A stretch of 37,423 nt of DNA. Source: Eubacteriales bacterium. Its GTDB lineage: Bacteria > Bacillota > Clostridia > JAQUNY01. The stretch is from NCBI GenBank assembly GCA_028717405.1, contig JAQUNY010000001.1, positions 1-37,423 on the forward strand, in the 5' to 3' direction. Shown piece after piece: positions 28,201-35,523 of this stretch. Numbering within the stretch: the first letter of the stretch is position 1; every line of letters begins with the position of its first letter. The position numbers and the translations under genes were made by a program. Below the pieces are notes generated by a model. The model ran no database searches and was not told where the DNA came from. It saw only the letters and a program-made list of their open reading frames with translations.

Positions 28201-31200
28201 ATGCCTGCAACAGTACCTGAAGCAGCACCTTCGGATGCGAATGTCCTGCCAAGTCTTTCAGATAGCCTGTCAAGATCAGAATAGGAAATACTTTCGCCTT
28301 CACAGGTAACGGCGGCTGCATCAGGATACCTGGCGGCGCATTCTGAAAATGCACTGTGAATGGTATTTAACATTTTCAGGCCATTATCATTGCATAAACC
28401 GAGGTTATTCAACTCGTTGGTAAGGTTTTTCTTTTCTTTTCCTGATAATATATCAATATCAGAAATATGTGTTTCAGGTTTTTTAAGAACTTCCTTTATG
28501 ATATTGATATAATGTGAAGCCATTCTCTCAATTGTTTCTTTATCAAAAAGGTCAGAACTGTATTCAAGATTGAATATAATTCCTTCTTCCTTCTCTGTTG
28601 CCTCAAGAAGCATGTCGAATTTACTTGTTTCATTAAAAGCCTTGTAAGGAGTGAGCCTCAGTTTTCCGCTTCCTGCAGGTTCTCTGACCACGTAGCTGGC
28701 ATTTTCGTTTTTCTGCAATACAAACATCACATCAAAAATCGGATTTCTGCTTGGATCTCTCCTGACCTTAAGCTTGACGACAAGCTCATCAAACTGGCAA
28801 TCCTGGTTTTCAAAGGCTTTCAAAGAATTATCTCTGACAGAATGCAGAAAATCAGAAAAGCTCATTCCCCCGGCAGGAAAATTTCTCATAACAAGAGTAT
28901 TGGCGAACATGCCAATTATACCATTGGTATCGGCATGCCTGCGCCCGGTGACCGGTGTGCCGACGAGGATATCCTCCTGTCCGCTGTAGAACGCAAGCAA
29001 TACATTGTATGCAGCCAGAAGAAACATATACAGTGTAGCCGAGTGCTCAGATGCAATTTTTTTCATACAGGCAGTAAGGCTTTCATCTGCATAAAAGCTG
29101 TAAGTACTCCCCCTGTAAGTCTTTATTGATGGCCTTGGCCTGTCTGCAGGTATCATCAGCACAGGGATCTCATCCGACAGAAGCTCAAGCCAATATTCTT
29201 CCTGCTTCTTCAGATATCCTGATTCAAAAAGCCTGTTTTGCCACTCGGCAAAGTCTTTATATTGCGCTTTGACACGGCTGAGATCCGCTCCTTCATAAGT
29301 CTGTACAAGCTCGCTCATAATAATTCCGGCAGACACTCCGTCCGAAATGATATGGTGCATATCAATAAAAAGATAGTGTTTATCCAAAGGCAGAGTTATA
29401 AGCACCGCCCTGAAGAGAGGGGCTTTATCAAGCCTGAATGGTTTCGAAAATGATGCTGCCGCAATTCTTGCGAACAACTTGGGCTCATCAGCATGCTTAA
29501 GGACACCGGTCGGCAGGGATTCCCATAAAACCTCCTCATAGTCAGCGTCAACTTTGTCTGTGATGATCTGCACCGGCCCGCTGTCAGTGTTCCTGAAGCA
29601 GGTTCTCAGCGCTTCATGCCTCTTGATAAGTTTTTCTATGGATTTTCTTAATCTCTGTTTATCAAGATTTCCTTCTATCTGCAATATTCCCGAAGTATTA
29701 TATGCAGTACCGGTATCTTGCTGTTCAGTTAAAAGATAGAGCCTTCTCTGAGCCGCGGAAAGTTTATAGGATTCCTTTACAGGAACCGGAGTTATCGGCT
29801 CAAAGATATTTCTGGCGGTTTTTTCAATCATTAATGCAAGCTTCTCAACAGTCGGGTTGTTATACACATCTGTAGTTGATATCTCAACATTAAAGACTTT
29901 ATGTACCATGGATACCAGATATACAACACTCAGCGAATCTCCTCCGGATTCAAAGAGGTCGTCGTCAATACCGGCTTCACTTATACGCAACATGCTCTTC
30001 CATATGTCGGACAGCAGGATTTCTGTATTTGTTGAGGGCGGGCGGTAAGGCTTAGTATCTGTTCTGATGTAAACAGGCTTGGGAAGCATCGTTTTGTCAG
30101 TTTTTCCGCTTGCATTCACCGGCATGCTGCTTATCTGAGTAAAATATGACGGTATCATATAATCCGGAAGGAACCTTGATAAAAACGATCTCAGATAAGC
30201 ATTGTCAAGCTGTCTTTCTGCAGTATAGTAGGCACACAGTGTCTTCTTCCCTTCGCTGTCCTCCATGTCTGTGACAAAAACAGACTGCATATGTTCAAGC
30301 TGCATGAGCCTGCTTTCTACCTCACCGGTCTCTATCCTGTACCCTCTGATTTTGATCTGTCGATCTGCCCTTCCCGAAAATCTGATTTCACCGTTTGAAG
30401 TCCATTTCCCCAAATCGCCTGTGCGGTATATCCTCCCTTTGCTTCTGAAAGGATCTTTCAGGAAATTATTTCCCGGATGAATACCGCTGTTAATATATCC
30501 TATAGCCGGAGCTTCTCCTCCTATATAAATCTCGCCCTCTACTCCCGGCGGTACAGGCTTCATATTATTGTCAAGAATATAAATAAAAATATTTGCTGAA
30601 GGTTTCCCGAGAGAAATATCCCAGGCATTTACAATTTCCTTGAGTGTAGCTCCTATAGTGGCTTCAGTCGGGCCATATGCGTTATAAATTTTTGCTCTTG
30701 TCATCCGCCTTACTTTGTCCAGAAATCCAGGCCCGAAATCCTCTCCGCCTATCACAATTTCCTTTAAAATGCCAAGACATTCAGAGCTTTTTTTGTCGCT
30801 TATAAACATTCCCAGCCTTGAGGGTGTGATATAAAGCTTGTCAACCCCATATCTGAGTATAAGCTCCGAGAGCTTCCAGGGTACTTTTTGGGCCTCGTCA
30901 TCCGCAATTATGACGGTCAGGCCTTTCAGAAGGGAAGGTATCAGTTCGAAAATAAAAACATCAAATGAAATTGAAGTTATGGATAGAATCTTTGCGCCTT
31001 TTTTAAACAGGAGGCGTTCCGCTATTCCATGCGAAAAATTCACAAGTGACCTGTGGCTTACCACAACTCCCTTCGGAGTGCCTGTCGACCCCGAGGTAAA
31101 GAGGACATAAGCCGGATCTTCAGCTTTGTGCTTTTTCTCCAATAAATGCAGGGGAATCAGGCCTGTTTTTTCCAGGCCTTCAGTTTCAACTATTTTATGT

Positions 31201-32945
31201 ATGCCTGGATCATAATACCCGCTGTTTTTAATACTGTTTCCCAGCCCTGCCTGAGCTGCAATTATCCTTGTCCCGCTCTCCCTGACCATTAATCCTGCCC
31301 TGGCATCAGGATAGCCTGGGTCAACAGGGAGAAATGAGCACCCCGCCTTGAGCACTCCCAGTATGATTACTGCCAGATCAACAGATCTTCCTGCTATGAT
31401 ACCTGCTGTTTCGCCCTTCCTGAGGCCGTTTTCCAAAAGCCGTTCCGCAAATAGTGAGGCTTTTATATCCAGCTCTCCATATGTCAGTGCGGCATCTTCC
31501 GAAATAACTGCAATCGCGTCAGGTGTCCTTGCCGCCTGTTCTTCAAAAAGACAGTCCACAGTTTTGTCAAGCCTGTATTTTTTCACAGTATTGTTGAAGT
31601 CAATGAGCACTGCATTTATTTCCTCATCACTCATTACCCTGAGTTCTGAAGCTTTTTTCCCGGGATCAGCAACGATATCTTCAAGTATAAATACGAGACG
31701 CCTGTGGATACCGTTTATGTCATCTTCAGTGAAAAGTCCCTTCATGCAGTCGTAATCGATCTCAATACTGCCGTCATTGTCTCTCTCATTCACATGTATA
31801 CAAAGCGGATCAGTCTGATTTCCATTGAAAAGCCACTCAGCCTCATATTCGCCGATCCTTTCAAACAGGTTAAGCCTGGCATTCTGGTATGACAGGACTA
31901 TTTCATATAAATTATGTGAAAACCTCTGTTTTTCTCTCAGCTCTCTGAGAAGTTTTTCATAAGGATACTGGTGGTGCCTTAGTATCCTCATCCAATCAGC
32001 TGCAAAGCCCCTGGCCAGCGATGTGAAATCCTTTTCACCATCGAAATTTATTCTGAATGGTATTGTACTTACAAACATACCGGAAACGTTTTTCTCTTTC
32101 CTGTTTATCCTGTTGAGCACAGGAGTCCCTATCACAAAATCACGGCTCCCATGGATCCTGCTTATATAGACTGAAACCGCTGCAAGGAACAGGATAAAAG
32201 GCGAAATGCCGTTGGACGAGCAGTATTCACCAAGTGAGCCTGCAAGAACAGGATCAAGCCTGTATGTCCTTCTTGTAGATTCAGTCCCTGTAAGATGAGA
32301 ATGCCTGTTTTCCTTCAGCACAGGTTCCGGTATTTTTTCAAAGCTTTTGATCCAGAAATCTCTGTCCGCAACGGGTCTTTCAGATGACAGATAATCGTTT
32401 TCGCGTTTTATAAATACATCATAGCCCGGAAACTCTTCTTCCGGGATCTCTTCTCCCGTTTTAAGACATGTGTAATACCTGACAACCCGGTTTGTAAGCG
32501 ACACCATAGTCCATGCATCACATATGAAATGATGCAGTTTAATATAAAATCCTCCGCCTGAGCCGGCGGTCCTGAAAACAGCAAAATAGTGAAGGCACGA
32601 ATCCGCAAGTACAAAGGGAGTCGCGGTCATTTGCCCTTGCCATCTTTCAAGCTCCTCCCCGTCATTTCTGCTAAAATCAAAATATTCTGTTTTTGCCGGA
32701 AGCCCATTGTAAAAATACTGATGAGGCTCTGTATCAGGATCGGATATCCTGATTGAAAGAGACCTGTCTCTCCGGAGGATAACGGCGATTGCTTCCATGA
32801 GCAATTCACAGTCACAATCATTTTTAATTTTAATTATAGCGGCGATGTTTCCGATCGATGTTCCCGAATAAAGCTTCTCGAGGTACCATATTCCCTTCTG
32901 CGGCTGAGTCAAAGGATATCTGCCAGAATTACCCGCCATTTGCAT
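25269..32945 (-). CDS. Bimodular non-ribosomal peptide synthetase: starter C - A - T - C - A - T - thioester reductase (R)
   Basis: Single intact 2558-aa ORF. All core NRPS motifs were located by eye (see the sub-features). There is no E, TE, Cy or MT domain. The second in-frame ATG at 32939 is better spaced from the RBS GGGGGA than the first ATG at 32945. Confidence 0.97.
   Translation of the reverse strand: [2558 protein letters not shown]
25326..26408 (-). other. NRPS terminal thioester reductase (R, SDR-type NAD(P)H-binding) domain, about aa 2180-2540
   Basis: The sequence [16 protein letters not shown] gives the Rossmann motif TGxxGxxG (aa 2185-2192). YIRSK gives YxxxK at aa 2349-2353. 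It is the final domain after T2, and no thioesterase is present. Confidence 0.85.
26556..26768 (-). other. NRPS domain T2 (peptidyl carrier protein), about aa 2060-2130
   Basis: [16 protein letters not shown] with the Ser at aa 2093. Confidence 0.9.
26820..28373 (-). other. NRPS domain A2 (adenylation, proline-like specificity code), about aa 1525-2042
   Basis: Motifs found: [29 protein letters not shown] (1699-1709), FDVCYQE (1744-1750), [48 protein letters not shown], and PSGK (K2036). The hand-aligned 10-residue code is DVQFIAHVAK. Confidence 0.85.
28446..29774 (-). other. NRPS domain C2 (condensation, LCL-like), about aa 1058-1500
   Basis: The N-terminal motif is [13 protein letters not shown] and the HHxxxDG motif is HHIISDG at aa 1197-1203. 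There is no preceding E domain. Confidence 0.85.
29811..30032 (-). other. NRPS domain T1 (peptidyl carrier protein), about aa 972-1045
   Basis: [14 protein letters not shown] with the phosphopantetheinyl Ser at aa 1004. Confidence 0.9.
30081..31568 (-). other. NRPS domain A1 (adenylation), about aa 460-955
   Basis: Motifs found: LTYGEL (aa 487), [23 protein letters not shown] (616-626), FDVFIFE (661-667), NAYGPTE (755-761), [16 protein letters not shown] (840-848), [20 protein letters not shown], and A10 NASGK (K948). Confidence 0.9.
31626..32921 (-). other. NRPS domain C1 (starter/lipoinitiation-type condensation domain), about aa 9-440
   Basis: The HHxxxD motif is HHFICD at aa 138-143. 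The N-terminus [25 protein letters not shown] resembles my recollection of the surfactin SrfAA starter C domain (YPLTDAQKRIWYTEKFYPHTSISN). This is the first domain of the protein, with no upstream T domain. Confidence 0.7.
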
Positions 32946-32989
32946 CCCCCTGAAAATTGTTGTACTTTCTTTTTAAACCCTTTCGATAC

Positions 32990-33018
32990 ATTTTATCATA
33001 ATATTTCCTTTTAGTTAA
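32990..33018 (-). promoter_or_regulatory. Candidate promoter immediately upstream of the NRPS gene
   Basis: On the minus strand, TTAACT (33018..33013) is followed by a 17-nt spacer and TAAAAT (32995..32990), with the extended -10 TGa. It lies in the AT-rich 138-nt gap between phoU and the NRPS. Confidence 0.45.
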
Positions 33019-33083
33019 CATATTTATTTATTTTTTTTGAAAAATTTAGTAATTTGAGGATGCGCTCTGAAAGTACTGTTCGA

Positions 33084-33806
33084 TCAGCTTTCGTGTTCTG
33101 TTAAGTTACCGTTTGTAGCTTGAAATTTCAGATGCTCCTGCGCCATACGCTCTTCGATTTCCTGGTTTTTATGCACGCCGGTCATTGAAAATTCGACCCA
33201 TTCAGCAATATTTGTAGCATGGTCGCCTATCCGTTCAAGGTATTTGGCTATCATCAGAAGGTCCATTGCCTGCCCCCCGTTATCAGCGTCATCATGTATC
33301 ATTTTTATCAGGTCGTTCTTAACTGTTAAGAATAGCCTATCAACAATATCATCCGCTTTGATGATTTCCCTGGCAAGCTCAAGATCCTTTTTAACATAGG
33401 CGCTGATACTTCCCTTTACCATCTTCACCGCCTCGCGAGCCATCTCCGGGATGGTTTCCAGCTTTTTTATGTAAATGCAATCCGACAGATATCCTGCTAT
33501 TTCAGATATATCCGCCGCCTGATCTCCTATTCTTTCCATATCCGTTATCATCTTCAACGCAGCTGAAATAAGGCGCAGATCCCTGGCAACCGGTTGCTGC
33601 TGCAAAAGCAGTTTCAGGCAGAGGGCTTCGATGTCCTGCTCCTTTCTGTCAATGACCATGTCAAATTCTATTACCTTGTTTGCCTTTGCAGCATCCTGTT
33701 CGATCAGCGCTTCCACCGCTCCCGTTATGGAATTTTCCACCAGTGTGCCCATCTGGATAAGCTCATCATTAAGCTGTTCAAGCTGTGAGTCAAACCGGCT
33801 CCTCAT
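33084..33806 (-). CDS. phoU: Phosphate signalling complex protein PhoU
   Basis: 240-aa ORF with two PhoU repeats carrying the E(D)xxxD-type motifs (DLRLISAALKMITDMERIGDQAADI and AKYLERIGDHATNIAEW). It is immediately downstream of pstB, with a 1-nt overlap. Confidence 0.93.
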   Translation of the reverse strand: MRSRFDSQLEQLNDELIQMGTLVENSITGAVEALIEQDAAKANKVIEFDMVIDRKEQDIEALCLKLLLQQQPVARDLRLISAALKMITDMERIGDQAADISEIAGYLSDCIYIKKLETIPEMAREAVKMVKGSISAYVKKDLELAREIIKADDIVDRLFLTVKNDLIKMIHDDADNGGQAMDLLMIAKYLERIGDHATNIAEWVEFSMTGVHKNQEIEERMAQEHLKFQATNGNLTEHES

Positions 33807-34588
33807 TATCCAAACCTCCCTGTTATGTAATCCTCTGTCCTCTTGTCTTCCGGAACAGAAAACAATTTTTCAGTTTCTCCCGCTTCAATTATTTCGCCAA
33901 GAAGAAAAAACGCCGTTTTGTCAGATATCCTCGCAGCCTGCTGCATATTGTGAGTAACAATAACAATGGTGTATTCCTTTTTTAATTCAAGGATAAGATC
34001 CTCTATTTTAGAAGTCGAAATAGGATCCAGCGCACTTGTTGGTTCATCCATGAGCAATATCTCGGGTTTTACAGCCAGTGCCCTGGCTATACAAAGCCTC
34101 TGTTGCTGGCCGCCTGAGAGGCTTAGCGCATTTCGGCGCAGACGGTCGCTGACTTCATCCCATATAGCTGCGCTCCGAAGAGACAACTCTACAATTTCAT
34201 CCAGCCTGACCCTGGATCTGATGCCATGTGTTCTCGGTCCATATGCTACATTATCATAAATACTCATCGGAAAAGGATTTGGTTTCTGAAAAACCATGCC
34301 TACACGCTGCCTCAGTATGTTCACATCAATATGTCCATGTATGTTTTCACCGTCTATTATTATTTTTCCCTCTGTCCTGCAGCCCTCGATCAGGTCGTTC
34401 ATTCTGTTTACAGCCCTAAGCAGGGTCGATTTGCCGCAGCCTGAAGGGCCTATAAATGCACTTATTTCGTTAGCCTTAAGCCCAATACTGACATTCTTTA
34501 TAGCTCTGAATTCTTTATAATATACATTAACATTTTCGATTATGATTTTATTAGTCTTATCAATATCATCAATATATGGATTTTTCAT
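33806..34588 (-). CDS. pstB: Phosphate ABC transporter ATP-binding protein PstB
   Basis: Walker [10 protein letters not shown], the signature [14 protein letters not shown] and Walker [13 protein letters not shown] are present. The C-terminal [10 protein letters not shown] is PstB-typical. Confidence 0.95.
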   Translation of the reverse strand: MKNPYIDDIDKTNKIIIENVNVYYKEFRAIKNVSIGLKANEISAFIGPSGCGKSTLLRAVNRMNDLIEGCRTEGKIIIDGENIHGHIDVNILRQRVGMVFQKPNPFPMSIYDNVAYGPRTHGIRSRVRLDEIVELSLRSAAIWDEVSDRLRRNALSLSGGQQQRLCIARALAVKPEILLMDEPTSALDPISTSKIEDLILELKKEYTIVIVTHNMQQAARISDKTAFFLLGEIIEAGETEKLFSVPEDKRTEDYITGRFG

Positions 34589-35523
34589 ATTTTAGCCGCC
34601 TTCTTTGCGATCACTGACGAGATCGTGTTGATAAATAGCACCAGCAGCAGAAGAACTACCGCTGTAGCAAAGGCTTCATTTGTATTAAAGCCTTCTCCTG
34701 ATAAAATATACATATGTACTGACAAGGTCCTGCCTGAATCCATCAGGAAATTACTTCCCGATGGTATCCCCGCTACCGTGCCGGCAGTATATATCAGCGC
34801 CGCAGTCTCGCCGGCAATGCGCCCCACTCCCAGTATAACCCCTGCAAGTATTCCCGGCACGGCAGAAGGAAGCACTATTTTAAAAACCGTTCTCAGCTTG
34901 CCCGCTCCCAAACCGAAACTTGCTTCCCTGTAACCGTCAGGCACTGACTTTAATGCCTCCTCTGCTGTCCTCATTATCAGAGGCAGGACCATAATTGCAA
35001 GGGTTGCGCTGCCGGCCAGTATGGAAAACCCCCATCCAAGATAAGCCACAAAAAACAGAAGGCCAAAGAGGCCGTATACAATCGACGGTATGCCGGAAAG
35101 AGTCTCAGAGGTAAGCCTGATCAGGGCTACCAAACGATTTCCCCTCCCTGCATACTCCACAAGGAAAACCGCGGCAAATACACCAAGCGGTACAGAAAGA
35201 ACAAGTGATACCAGGGTAATCACCAGAGTATTGATAATAGCCGGGAACATTGACACATTCTCCGATGAATAAACCGGTGAAAACAGAGAAAGCCTTAAAT
35301 GCGGGATCCCTTTTGCCAGAATATACCCAATGAGGAAAACAAGCATGCCAAATGATAACGAAGCTGAAATAATTACAAGGCTCTTAAGTGCAAGAGAACC
35401 CGGTTTGATGCGCGGCCTGCAGCAAACTATTCCTTCACCGCTGATTTCTCCTGATCCGGAAGGTACCGGGCAGGATTTGTTCCCGGATAATTTATTTATA
35501 ATTGATTTTACTTTACTTCTCAT
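34585..35523 (-). CDS. pstA: Phosphate ABC transporter permease PstA
   Basis: 312-aa polytopic membrane protein with the EAA-like loop ([31 protein letters not shown]). It is the second permease in the pstSCAB order and has 4-nt overlaps with both neighbours. Confidence 0.9.
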   Translation of the reverse strand: MRSKVKSIINKLSGNKSCPVPSGSGEISGEGIVCCRPRIKPGSLALKSLVIISASLSFGMLVFLIGYILAKGIPHLRLSLFSPVYSSENVSMFPAIINTLVITLVSLVLSVPLGVFAAVFLVEYAGRGNRLVALIRLTSETLSGIPSIVYGLFGLLFFVAYLGWGFSILAGSATLAIMVLPLIMRTAEEALKSVPDGYREASFGLGAGKLRTVFKIVLPSAVPGILAGVILGVGRIAGETAALIYTAGTVAGIPSGSNFLMDSGRTLSVHMYILSGEGFNTNEAFATAVVLLLLVLFINTISSVIAKKAAKI

